A program made the position numbers and the translations under genes. Of a stretch of 64,000 bases of DNA, positions 10,456-19,468 are shown piece after piece. Position 1 is the first letter of the stretch. Each line of letters starts with the position of its first letter. The DNA lies in the sequence record SRR22947727_1968; one strand, 5' to 3'. Below the pieces are notes generated by a model that worked only from the letters and a program-made list of their open reading frames with translations, was not told the DNA's origin and did not search any database.

Positions 10456-11457
10456 TTAGTGGTTGGCGTTGATCGCCTGTGCAGCGTCGATATTGTCTTG
10501 GCCTACGCCGTCAACAAATTGACCCCAAACCGGCAACATGGCTTCAACCCAAGCGGCGCGCTGGTCGGCGTTCAATGTCCGCACAACACCGCCCGCATCC
10601 AAAATGGCTTGCTTGGCAGCCGCGTTCACCGCAGTGGACTCGCCATTGCGGGCCTCAGTCACCTCGGTCAAGATCGTCGCGAGTTGGTCACGCACATCTG
10701 AGGGCAGACCATCCCAAAAATCTGTTGAGGTCACAACGAGGTAATCGATCACACCGTGATCAGTTTCTGTCACACCGTCCTGAACTTCAAAGAATTTTTG
10801 GCCAAAGATATTGGACCAAGTGTTCTCTTGCCCATCCACAACGCCCGTTTGCAAAGCGCCATAGACCTCAGAGAAAGCCATTGGCTGCGGGCTTGCGCCC
10901 ATTGCTGCCATTTGCGCTTTGAGCACTTCAGAGTTTTGCACGCGGAATTTCAAACCATCGGCATCGGACGGCAGCATCAAAGGAACATTGGCTGACATTT
11001 GCTTCATGCCATTGTGCCAGAACGCCAGGCCAAGCAGGCCGCGCTTGGTCATCGATTCTTTCATCGCTTGACCCGTTGCGGAGCTTTGGAACTCATCCAC
11101 AGCATGGATGTTTTTGAACATAAACGGCAAATCGAAAATGCGGAACTGTTTGGTGAATTGCTCGAATTTTGACAAGGATGGCGCGGCCATTTGAACGTCA
11201 CCGTTCAACAGGGCTTCCAACACTTGGTCATCGTTGTACAGTGTGGAATTTGGGAAAACTTCAACGCAGGCTTTGCCATTCATTTCCGCATTGACACGAT
11301 CCATCAACAAAGTCGCCGCAATCCCTTTGGGATGCTTGTCTGTATTGGTCACATGGCTAAATTTAATGACAGTTTCGCCGGCATCACAGGCCGCAAAAGC
11401 TGCGCTTGCAGAAAACGACAGTGCAACAGCGGCCGCGGCCGCAGTAAAATATTTCAT
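10456..11457 (-). CDS. dctP: TRAP C4-dicarboxylate-type solute-binding protein
   Basis: Signal peptide; IKFSHV, GLKFRVQ and DGQENT motifs; RBS GGAGG before MKYF. Confidence 0.92.
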   Translation of the reverse strand: MKYFTAAAAAVALSFSASAAFAACDAGETVIKFSHVTNTDKHPKGIAATLLMDRVNAEMNGKACVEVFPNSTLYNDDQVLEALLNGDVQMAAPSLSKFEQFTKQFRIFDLPFMFKNIHAVDEFQSSATGQAMKESMTKRGLLGLAFWHNGMKQMSANVPLMLPSDADGLKFRVQNSEVLKAQMAAMGASPQPMAFSEVYGALQTGVVDGQENTWSNIFGQKFFEVQDGVTETDHGVIDYLVVTSTDFWDGLPSDVRDQLATILTEVTEARNGESTAVNAAAKQAILDAGGVVRTLNADQRAAWVEAMLPVWGQFVDGVGQDNIDAAQAINANH

Positions 11458-11610
11458 GGTATCCTCCCAAGTTAACCGGTTTGCCCGGAGTGAGAGAGAC
11501 TCTATATCGCGGTGGCTAAAAAACAAGGAACTTTCGTCGTTTTTACGTCGGATGTTGAAATAAATTCAACACATCTTGTCACAGTGCACAGTTTCGGCTG
11601 TCATGGCGAC

Positions 11611-12768
11611 ATGAAAATATTCAAACAATCGCCCACAGATACCAGTTTTGTGCAAAATCCCTATCCCGCCTATGACCGCGCCCGCGCGATGGGTGATCTG
11701 GTGTGGTGGGATGACTATAAGATGCCAGCTGCCGTCAACTACCGGGCGGTGCGCGGGCTGCTGACAAACCGCAAATTTGGCCGAGAGGCCCTGACCGCGC
11801 CCCAATGTCCCGCCCACCTCGCCGACTGGCAGGCCAACGAGAGCCACTCGATGCTTGAGCTTGAGCCGCCGCGCCACAGCCGGTTGCGCGGCTTGGTTTT
11901 GCGCGCCTTCACCAGCAAAAAAGTTGCCGCCATGGCCCCTCAGATCACAGAGACTTGCCACAGGTTGATCGACGCCTTCCCCGCCCAGCCCTTTGATTTC
12001 CTCAACGCCTTCGCCCGCCCCCTGCCGGTGCATATCATCGCCAAACTCTTGGGCGTGCCCACCGATCGCAGTTTGGATCTTCTAAGCTGGTCCAACGCAA
12101 TGGTGGCCATATATCAATCGAACCGCAGCTATGAGGTGGAAATCGCAGCCAATCAGGCCACGCTGGAGTTCACCGCCTTTCTGGACAGCTACATCGCCCA
12201 CCGCCGCAGCCAGCCGCGTGACGATCTATTGTCCGATCTCATTGCAGCTGAGGAAGCAGGCGAAAAGCTCACCGGTGCCGAGTTGATCTCCACCTGCATA
12301 TTGCTGCTCAACGCCGGGCATGAGGCCACGGTGCATACGCTGGGCAATGCGCTCAAAACGCTTCTGCCGAGCCCCCACCGTGAGGTGACACCGCAATTGG
12401 TTGAAGAAGTCTTGCGCTTCGACCCGCCTTTGCATCTCTTCACCCGATTTGCTTATGAAGACACCACGTGTTTTGGTTTTGATATTCACAAGGGCCAAGA
12501 GGTGGCTTGCCTTTTGGCAGCAGCCAATCGCGATCCCGCCTTTGTCGAAAATCCGCATGTTTTTGACCCACACCGCAAATCCACCGCCCATCAATCCTTC
12601 GGTGCCGGGTTGCATTTTTGCGTTGGCGCGCCGCTTGCCCGGCTGGAAATTTCACTCAGTTTGAAGCTGCTCTTTGACCGCTGCCCGAATTTGCACATTA
12701 GCCAAGCGCCAACCTATGCCAACAGCTACCATTTCCACGGGCTCGATGCTTTGATGGTGCAGACTTAG
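11611..12768 (+). CDS. Cytochrome P450
   Basis: I-helix AGHEAT, EEVLR and heme-binding FGAGLHFCVG. Confidence 0.95.
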   Translation: MKIFKQSPTDTSFVQNPYPAYDRARAMGDLVWWDDYKMPAAVNYRAVRGLLTNRKFGREALTAPQCPAHLADWQANESHSMLELEPPRHSRLRGLVLRAFTSKKVAAMAPQITETCHRLIDAFPAQPFDFLNAFARPLPVHIIAKLLGVPTDRSLDLLSWSNAMVAIYQSNRSYEVEIAANQATLEFTAFLDSYIAHRRSQPRDDLLSDLIAAEEAGEKLTGAELISTCILLLNAGHEATVHTLGNALKTLLPSPHREVTPQLVEEVLRFDPPLHLFTRFAYEDTTCFGFDIHKGQEVACLLAAANRDPAFVENPHVFDPHRKSTAHQSFGAGLHFCVGAPLARLEISLSLKLLFDRCPNLHISQAPTYANSYHFHGLDALMVQT

Positions 12769-12840
12769 GGCGAAGAGGCAGAGGCGCGGGGTTGACCTTT
12801 CGCCTTGTGCTGGTTTTATGCGCGCAAACTGGAGCCCTTC

Positions 12841-14463
12841 ATGACCAAAGAACGCCTATATGTCTATGACACCACCCTCAGGGATGGTCAGCAGACGCAG
12901 GGGGTGCAATTTTCACTTGCGGAAAAACAGCAAATCGCAGCGACCTTAGACGCGCTTGGCGTTGATTATATTGAGGGCGGCTGGCCAGGGGCCAATCCGA
13001 TCGACAGCGCCTGGTTTGACAGCCAACCCAAACTCCGCGCCACCTTCACGGCCTTTGGCATGACCAAACGCGCCGGACATTCGGCCGAAAATGACACAGC
13101 GCTCAATGCTGTGGTCAATGCCAATACAGCGGCGGTCTGTCTGGTCGGTAAAACCCATGATTTTCATGTCGAAACGGCGCTTGGCATCACCTTAGACGAA
13201 AATATCGAGAACATCAGGCGCTCAATCGAGCATCTCGTCAGCCAGGGCCGGGAAGCTCTGTTTGATGCGGAACATTTCTTTGATGGCTATAAGGCCAATC
13301 CCGATTATGCACGAGCCTGCATTCAGGCCGCCTTTGCCGCAGGCGCACGTTGGATCGTGCTATGCGACACCAATGGGGGCGCCTTGCCGGCCGAGGTTGG
13401 CCAGATCGTGCAAGAGGTCATCACAGCCGGGCTGCCGGGTGATCATTTGGGCATTCACACCCATAACGATACAGAAAATGCTGTCGCCAATACCCTGGCT
13501 GCCATCGATGCAGGGGCACGGCAAATTCAAGGCACGCTGAACGGGTTGGGCGAGCGATGCGGCAATGCCAACCTCACCTCACTTCTGCCAATCCTCAAGC
13601 TCAAAGAGCCCTATCGGTCGAACTATGAGATCGGCGTCACTGATGCGGCTTTGCGGGACATAAAACGCGCCTCACGGGTGCTCGACGATATTCTCAACCG
13701 GATACCAGCGCCCCAGGCCCCTTTCGTCGGAGCCAGCGCATTTGTCCATAAAGCCGGCCTACATGCCAGCGCCATCCTCAAGAACCCTGTCACCTATGAG
13801 CATATCGACCCGGCCTTGGTCGGCAATCAACGCGACATCCCCATGTCGAACCAAGCCGGGCAATCGAACCTACGCAAACGCCTCAAAGAGGCAAATTTGA
13901 TCGTCGAAAAAGACGACCCCGCATTGGGGCGTATTTTGGAATTGGTCAAAGAGCGCGAAGCACAAGGATATTCCTACGACACGGCACAAGCCAGTTTTGA
14001 GATATTGGCACGGCGCGAATTGGGGCTCTGTCCAGTTTTTTTTGAAGTCAAACGCTACAAAGTCTCAGTGGAGCGGCGCAAAAACAAATACAATCGCATG
14101 GTGTCTTTGTCCGAGGCATTGGTTGTGGTGCGGATTGATGGCGAAAAGAAAATGTCCGTCAGCGAGTCAATGGATGAGCTGGGCAATGACCGGGGCCCTG
14201 TGAATGCGCTCTCAAAAGCTCTGGCCAAAGACCTTGGCCCTTATCAGGCGATGATCGATGACATGAATTTGACCGATTACAAGGTGCGCATCACCCAAGG
14301 TGGCACAGAGGCCGTCACGCGCGTGGTGATCGATTGCGAAGACAGCAAAGGACGCAGCTGGGCCACCGTCGGCGTTTCCGCCAATATCGTGGACGCCAGC
14401 TTTGAGGCTTTGTTGGATGCGGTCAATTGGAAGTTAATTCGCGACACGGCCCCGCCGGCCTAG
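12841..14463 (+). CDS. cimA: Citramalate synthase
   Basis: DTTLRDGQQ, DAEHFFDG, GERCGN and HKAGLH motifs. Confidence 0.9.
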   Translation: MTKERLYVYDTTLRDGQQTQGVQFSLAEKQQIAATLDALGVDYIEGGWPGANPIDSAWFDSQPKLRATFTAFGMTKRAGHSAENDTALNAVVNANTAAVCLVGKTHDFHVETALGITLDENIENIRRSIEHLVSQGREALFDAEHFFDGYKANPDYARACIQAAFAAGARWIVLCDTNGGALPAEVGQIVQEVITAGLPGDHLGIHTHNDTENAVANTLAAIDAGARQIQGTLNGLGERCGNANLTSLLPILKLKEPYRSNYEIGVTDAALRDIKRASRVLDDILNRIPAPQAPFVGASAFVHKAGLHASAILKNPVTYEHIDPALVGNQRDIPMSNQAGQSNLRKRLKEANLIVEKDDPALGRILELVKEREAQGYSYDTAQASFEILARRELGLCPVFFEVKRYKVSVERRKNKYNRMVSLSEALVVVRIDGEKKMSVSESMDELGNDRGPVNALSKALAKDLGPYQAMIDDMNLTDYKVRITQGGTEAVTRVVIDCEDSKGRSWATVGVSANIVDASFEALLDAVNWKLIRDTAPPA

Positions 14464-14523
14464 GGCGCATGGGCCCCCTGTGCTGCGGGCCATATCAAAC
14501 CTATCTTGTAAAAGGCTGACCTG

Positions 14524-15231
14524 ATGACACGCTCTTTAGAAAGTTCTGCTTTTTGGACAGGGGTTGTGGATGTCTTGCCCTTTATTGTCATGGTCGTGCC
14601 ATTCGCAACCCTCTTTGGAGTTGTTGCCATTGAAGCGGGGCTGAGCCTGGCCCAAACCCTGAGCTTTTCCATTCTTGTCATCGCGGGCGCCTCGCAATTT
14701 GCCGCGCTGCAATTGATGCTCGACAATGCCGCCATTGGATTCATTCTCGCTGCCGCTTTGGCGGTTAACCTACGAATGGCCATGTATTCCGCTGCTTTGG
14801 CACCCCATTTGGGCGGCGCGCCTCTTTTGCAGCGGGCCTTTATTGGGTACTTGAACTTTGATCACAGCTATGTGCTCGCTGTTGCAAAATATGAAGACCA
14901 ACCCGACATGCCCTTGCCCTCACGGGTGGCTTATTTTGCAGGGGTCTCGCTCACGATTGCGCCGCTATGGTGCCTGTTTACTTATATCGGCGCAGAGATT
15001 GGCACTTGGATACCCAGCAGTTTGGAGGTGTCCTTTGTCTTGCCTCTGGCGTTTTTGTCCACTGTGGCGCCCTTGCTGAAATCGCTGGCCCATATCGCCA
15101 CCGCCTTTGTGTCAGTTGTTCTAGCCCTAGCACTGGCCAGCCTGCCGTCGGGCAGCGGGCTCTTGATTGCAGCTTTTTGCGCCATGGTCACAGGGGTCAT
15201 TGTCGAAACACTGCTGGAGCGCAGCGCATGA
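14524..15231 (+). CDS. azlC: AzlC-family branched-chain amino acid export permease
   Basis: AGASQF and VNLRM motifs; hydrophobic. Confidence 0.88.
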   Translation: MTRSLESSAFWTGVVDVLPFIVMVVPFATLFGVVAIEAGLSLAQTLSFSILVIAGASQFAALQLMLDNAAIGFILAAALAVNLRMAMYSAALAPHLGGAPLLQRAFIGYLNFDHSYVLAVAKYEDQPDMPLPSRVAYFAGVSLTIAPLWCLFTYIGAEIGTWIPSSLEVSFVLPLAFLSTVAPLLKSLAHIATAFVSVVLALALASLPSGSGLLIAAFCAMVTGVIVETLLERSA

Positions 15232-15560
15232 ATTACTCGCAATTTGAAATCTGGCTGATTATTGCGCTCATCGCGATCGGTACATTTGCCATTCGCTTTT
15301 CGTTTCTTGGATTGATCGGCTCAAAGCGCATGGCGCCTGTGATTGAGCGTATGCTGCGCTTTACCCCGGTCGCAGTCCTTCCGGGCATGGTGGCACCCCT
15401 CGTGCTCTGGCCAACCGATGCCGCCGATGGGGTCACCCTGTTGCATCTGGCCGCCGCAAGTGCCGCCGTTGGCACGGCCTATCTGACCCGCAAGGTCATT
15501 TGGGGCATGTTAGCGGGCCTCGGCGTTTTCTTCGCCCCGGTGATATTCGCTTTACTCTAG
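15228..15560 (+). CDS. azlD: AzlD-family protein
   Basis: ATGA overlap with azlC; GTFAIRFSF motif; true start MNYSQF. Confidence 0.85.
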   Translation: MNYSQFEIWLIIALIAIGTFAIRFSFLGLIGSKRMAPVIERMLRFTPVAVLPGMVAPLVLWPTDAADGVTLLHLAAASAAVGTAYLTRKVIWGMLAGLGVFFAPVIFALL

Positions 15561-15578
15561 GCCCGTGAGATCCAGCCC

Positions 15579-16385
15579 TCACGCATCCCGTTCCAAGATC
15601 CATTCCACCTCGGGCGCCGCCACAAATCGCCACTTGCGCAGCGGCCCGGCCATGACATTGAGATAATACATTTCAAAGCCATGTGGCGCACCGCAAGGGT
15701 GATGGCCGCGCGGCACACAGACCACATCCCCATCTTTTACCGTCATTGTCTCATCCAATTGCCCATCATCCGTGTAGACCCGCTGAATCCCAAAGCCCGA
15801 GGCAGGGTTGAGCCGATGATAGTAGGTCTCCTCAAGGTAGGTGATCCGCGGATAATCATCTTCATCGTGGCGATGGCTAGGATATGAGGACCAATGCCCG
15901 GGCGGGGTGAACACCTCTGTCACCAGCAAACTGTCACAGCAATCTTCATTTTCCATCGCAATATTGTTGATATAGCGGGTATTGACCCCCTTGCCCCGCT
16001 CCGTCAGCGTGATGCCCTCGGGCCCAATCCGCCGCGCCGCATGCCCCCCTTTGCCCGGCGCTGTGCACAGAGCAATGACACAATCGGTCTCGGCCACGGC
16101 CGCCCAGTCGGTGTCATTGGGCAGATAAAGACAATGGGGCGGCGTCTTTTCAAACACCGACATCCGCGCCCCCAAGACCCCCCAATCCTGCCCTGCGCCC
16201 CAGATCTGCGCTTTACCTTCCACCATCACCAAAATAACTTCGCGATCCCCCGTCAGCTCAGCCGCGCGCTCGCCCGCGCGTAAATGATAGAGGGAAAAGC
16301 CCACATAGCGCCAACCCGCAGATTGCGGCGTGATTTCATGCACTTTTCCATGGGTTCCAAAAGGTTTTTTAAGCAGATCGGACAT
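15579..16385 (-). CDS. iolB: 5-deoxy-glucuronate isomerase (IolB/KduI family)
   Basis: WSSYPSHRHD, LEETYYH and YYLNVMAGP motifs. Confidence 0.92.
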   Translation of the reverse strand: MSDLLKKPFGTHGKVHEITPQSAGWRYVGFSLYHLRAGERAAELTGDREVILVMVEGKAQIWGAGQDWGVLGARMSVFEKTPPHCLYLPNDTDWAAVAETDCVIALCTAPGKGGHAARRIGPEGITLTERGKGVNTRYINNIAMENEDCCDSLLVTEVFTPPGHWSSYPSHRHDEDDYPRITYLEETYYHRLNPASGFGIQRVYTDDGQLDETMTVKDGDVVCVPRGHHPCGAPHGFEMYYLNVMAGPLRKWRFVAAPEVEWILERDA

Positions 16386-16490
16386 TGCGCCCCTCATAAG
16401 TTGAACTGTCCACAGTCATAACCAACTGCAAGCGGGGCATCAATCACCCCGTGCAAGGCACAAACGGGCACCCATGGGGGACGCTGGCCC

Positions 16491-17711
16491 TCATGCGAGC
16501 AACCGCATCAAACGCGCCTTGTGATCGACACCGCGCCGGCCGTTCAAATGATCTGAAAGATCTTGCAAACTGCCAAGATTGTGGCAGGCCACCAGTGAGG
16601 ACACATGCGGCAGCATGGCTTTGATGCCTGCGGCCTGCGGCGAGAATTGGTCCCAGCGCAACAAGGGATTAAGCCATATCAGCTCCCGGGCTTGCAGGGC
16701 CAGTCGGGCGATTTCTCCTTCAAGCGCCGCAAGTCCCGACCGCTCAAGCCCATCACTTATGAGCAAAACCACGGCCGGGGCTGACAAAACCCGCCGGGCC
16801 CAGTCACGATTAAACGTCCCAAGGTTTTCAGAGATGCGGGTGCCGCCCTCCCAATCCTGCACATGTTGACCGATCGCAGCCAGAGCAGAATCGGGGTCTT
16901 TAATGGTCAGCTGAGGCGAAATATTATGCAGCTGAGTGCCGAAGGTGAAGCCATGCACTGCGGCCCAGTCCGACCCACGCGCCTGTGCGCAGGAATGGAC
17001 AAAATGCATCATCATTCGGCTGTATCGGGTCATGGATCCAGAAATATCACATAGCACCACGAGTTTGAGCTGTCGGGGCTTTGCCCGCTGCTTCGGCAAA
17101 GTGAGCAGTTCACCGCCGCTGCGCCGCGCCTGTTGCAGCGCTTTTCGCCGGTCAATCCGTAAGGCCCGAGCCGCCGTCTCAAAACGCCGCCCCGCCAGCT
17201 GTGGTAAATCCAACTGCAGGCTTCGAATGGCCTGTTCGGCTTGGCGAATTTCCGTGGCATTCATTGCCTCAAAATCCTTTTGCATCAGTTTCTCCACATC
17301 TGAATGAGAAAACTGCGCATCCAGTTCCAACAGCTCTTGAGGGGGCAGATCGCTCGGCTTTCCCCCACCGGCCGCCATCGCCTCCGCGGCCCTATTCTGC
17401 GCCGGTTTCATGGGCTTCTCAACCGAAGGGGCCGTGATCACAGGCAGGAGGTTGGTGATCATATTTTCCAAGAAATCAGGATCGCGCCAGAACATTGCAA
17501 AGACTTGATCAAATATAAGCAGATGCTCTGGCCGGGTCACAATCATCGCCCGTAGGGTGGTGTGAAAATCCTGCCGCTTGGTGAAGCCAACCAGCTGCAC
17601 CGCCCGCAGGGCCTCCAGGATTTGCGCCGTTCCAACCGGCACGCCGGCCCGGCGCAAGGCGCGGCCAAAATAGACGATATTGTCCGGCAATCTCCCTGCA
17701 GCATCTGCCAT
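16491..17711 (-). CDS. coxE: CoxE-like VWA domain protein
   Basis: MIDAS motif DISGSM, GGTRI, ISDGL and WLNPL. Confidence 0.88.
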   Translation of the reverse strand: MADAAGRLPDNIVYFGRALRRAGVPVGTAQILEALRAVQLVGFTKRQDFHTTLRAMIVTRPEHLLIFDQVFAMFWRDPDFLENMITNLLPVITAPSVEKPMKPAQNRAAEAMAAGGGKPSDLPPQELLELDAQFSHSDVEKLMQKDFEAMNATEIRQAEQAIRSLQLDLPQLAGRRFETAARALRIDRRKALQQARRSGGELLTLPKQRAKPRQLKLVVLCDISGSMTRYSRMMMHFVHSCAQARGSDWAAVHGFTFGTQLHNISPQLTIKDPDSALAAIGQHVQDWEGGTRISENLGTFNRDWARRVLSAPAVVLLISDGLERSGLAALEGEIARLALQARELIWLNPLLRWDQFSPQAAGIKAMLPHVSSLVACHNLGSLQDLSDHLNGRRGVDHKARLMRLLA

Positions 17712-18595
17712 TACAGCGCCTGCATATCTTGCCGAATTTGCTCCAAAATACGCGTCGCAGGGCCCCCGGTGATCTTGGCAATATCATCTTGATATTTCAG
17801 CACCGCACCAATGGTGTCTGTGATCACATCGGGTGAGAGTGCCACAACATCCAACGCCACAAGGCATTTGGCCCAGTCCAAGGTCTCGGCTAGTCCGGGC
17901 CGCTTGAACAGCTCTTCCTCGCGAAGCTTTTGGATGAAAGCCACCACCTCGCGGCTTAAATCGGCGTTCACCTCTGGCAGGCGGGCCCGCAAAATTTCCA
18001 TCTCACGCTCAAACCCCGGATAATCGACCCAGTGATAGAGGCAGCGGCGCTTCAGCGCGTCATGTACCTCACGCGTGCGGTTAGAGGTCAAAATCACAAT
18101 CGGCGGTTCTGGGGCTTTGATCACGCCCAGCTCTGGCACGGTGACTTGGAAATCAGAGAGCGCCTCCAACAAAAACGCCTCAAAGGGTGCATCTGTGCGG
18201 TCAATCTCATCGATCAGCAAGACCGGTGGACCAGAGGGATGCGGCTCAACCGCCTGCAATAAGGCACGTTTGATCAAGTATTTTTCTGAATATATGTCGC
18301 CCTGCTCCGCCCCATTGCGCATTGCCAGCATTTGGCCGGCGAAATTCCATTCATAGACCGAGCTGCTGGCGTCTAACCCTTCATAGCATTGCAAGCGGAT
18401 CAAATCTCGCCCAAGACCTTTGGCGATCACCTTGGCCAGTTCTGTTTTGCCAACGCCGGCTTCGCCCTCCAAAAAGATTGGTCGATTGAGCGTCAGGGAG
18501 AGGAACGTCAAGGTCGACAGCGCACGATCGGCCACATAGCCTTCAGAGGCGAGCAGAGCGGTGGTTGCGTCGATGGACTGCGGCAAGTTTTGCAA
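17711..18595 (-). CDS. coxD: CoxD-like MoxR AAA+ ATPase
   Basis: GEAGVGKT, LIDEID and DALKRRC motifs; probable TTG start. Confidence 0.9.
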   Translation of the reverse strand: MQNLPQSIDATTALLASEGYVADRALSTLTFLSLTLNRPIFLEGEAGVGKTELAKVIAKGLGRDLIRLQCYEGLDASSSVYEWNFAGQMLAMRNGAEQGDIYSEKYLIKRALLQAVEPHPSGPPVLLIDEIDRTDAPFEAFLLEALSDFQVTVPELGVIKAPEPPIVILTSNRTREVHDALKRRCLYHWVDYPGFEREMEILRARLPEVNADLSREVVAFIQKLREEELFKRPGLAETLDWAKCLVALDVVALSPDVITDTIGAVLKYQDDIAKITGGPATRILEQIRQDMQAL

Positions 18596-18618
18596 GATAT
18601 CTGCCCTATAAATTGGCA

Positions 18619-18646
18619 ACACCAACCCCAAAAATGGGGTTGGTGT
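18619..18646 (-). terminator. Perfect 12-bp hairpin between coxM and coxD
   Basis: ACACCAACCCCA-AAAA-TGGGGTTGGTGT. Confidence 0.6.
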
Positions 18647-18664
18647 GTAAGGTTTGTGAAAGAT

Positions 18665-19456
18665 CTAGCCCAAAGCGCGTTTGGCCATGACCTTGATCAA
18701 ATTAGCGCGATATTCCGCATTTCCATGAAGATCAGACAAAAGCCCGTCCGATGAGATCTCGACTCCATCAACAGCAGAGGCCGACCAATCCGCACTCAAG
18801 GCCGCTTCCAGACCGTCATGGCGATAGACCCCGTCTTCACTCGCGCCGGTCACAGCAACCCGGACGCTGCCGTCGGCTGATTTGGCCACAAACACGCCGG
18901 CCATTGCATAGCGCGACGCCGGATTAGGGAACTTGCCATAACCACCTTTCGCCGGGGCGGTGAAGCTGATGGCGGTGATGATCTCATCCTCTTCTAAGGC
19001 TGTGGTAAACATACCTTCGAAAAAATCATCCGCTGCAATTTCACGAGAGGTTGTGTGGATCCGCGCATTCAAGGCTAGGGCCGCTGCTGGATAATCAGCC
19101 GCCGGATCATTATTGGCCAAAGACCCGCCAATCGTTCCGCGATGACGGACAGCGGGATCGCCGATATTGGCCGCAAGTTTACAAATCGAAGGGCACAGCG
19201 CTGCGAGAGCGGCATGTCCCGCCACTTCTGCATGGAGTGTCATCGCCCCAATGGTGACCTGATCACCGGCAATGGTAATCCCGCGCAGATCCGCCGCGCC
19301 GCTTAGATCAATCACATCTGTCGGATCGGCAAGTCGTTGTTTCATGGTGGGGATTAAGGTTTGCCCCCCGGCCAATATTTTCCCATCTTCAGAGGTGTTC
19401 AACAGGGCGGCAGCCTCTTGTGCGGTGGCCGCTTTATGAAAATTGGTCTCATACAT
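18665..19456 (-). CDS. coxM: CO dehydrogenase-like FAD subunit
   Basis: AGGQTL and RHRGTIGG motifs. Confidence 0.92.
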   Translation of the reverse strand: MYETNFHKAATAQEAAALLNTSEDGKILAGGQTLIPTMKQRLADPTDVIDLSGAADLRGITIAGDQVTIGAMTLHAEVAGHAALAALCPSICKLAANIGDPAVRHRGTIGGSLANNDPAADYPAAALALNARIHTTSREIAADDFFEGMFTTALEEDEIITAISFTAPAKGGYGKFPNPASRYAMAGVFVAKSADGSVRVAVTGASEDGVYRHDGLEAALSADWSASAVDGVEISSDGLLSDLHGNAEYRANLIKVMAKRALG

Positions 19457-19468
19457 CGTCCAAACTCC

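Noticed and set aside
12769-12840. Leu/Ile leader peptide before cimA
   Set aside because: No suitable uORF or attenuator stems in the 72-bp gap.
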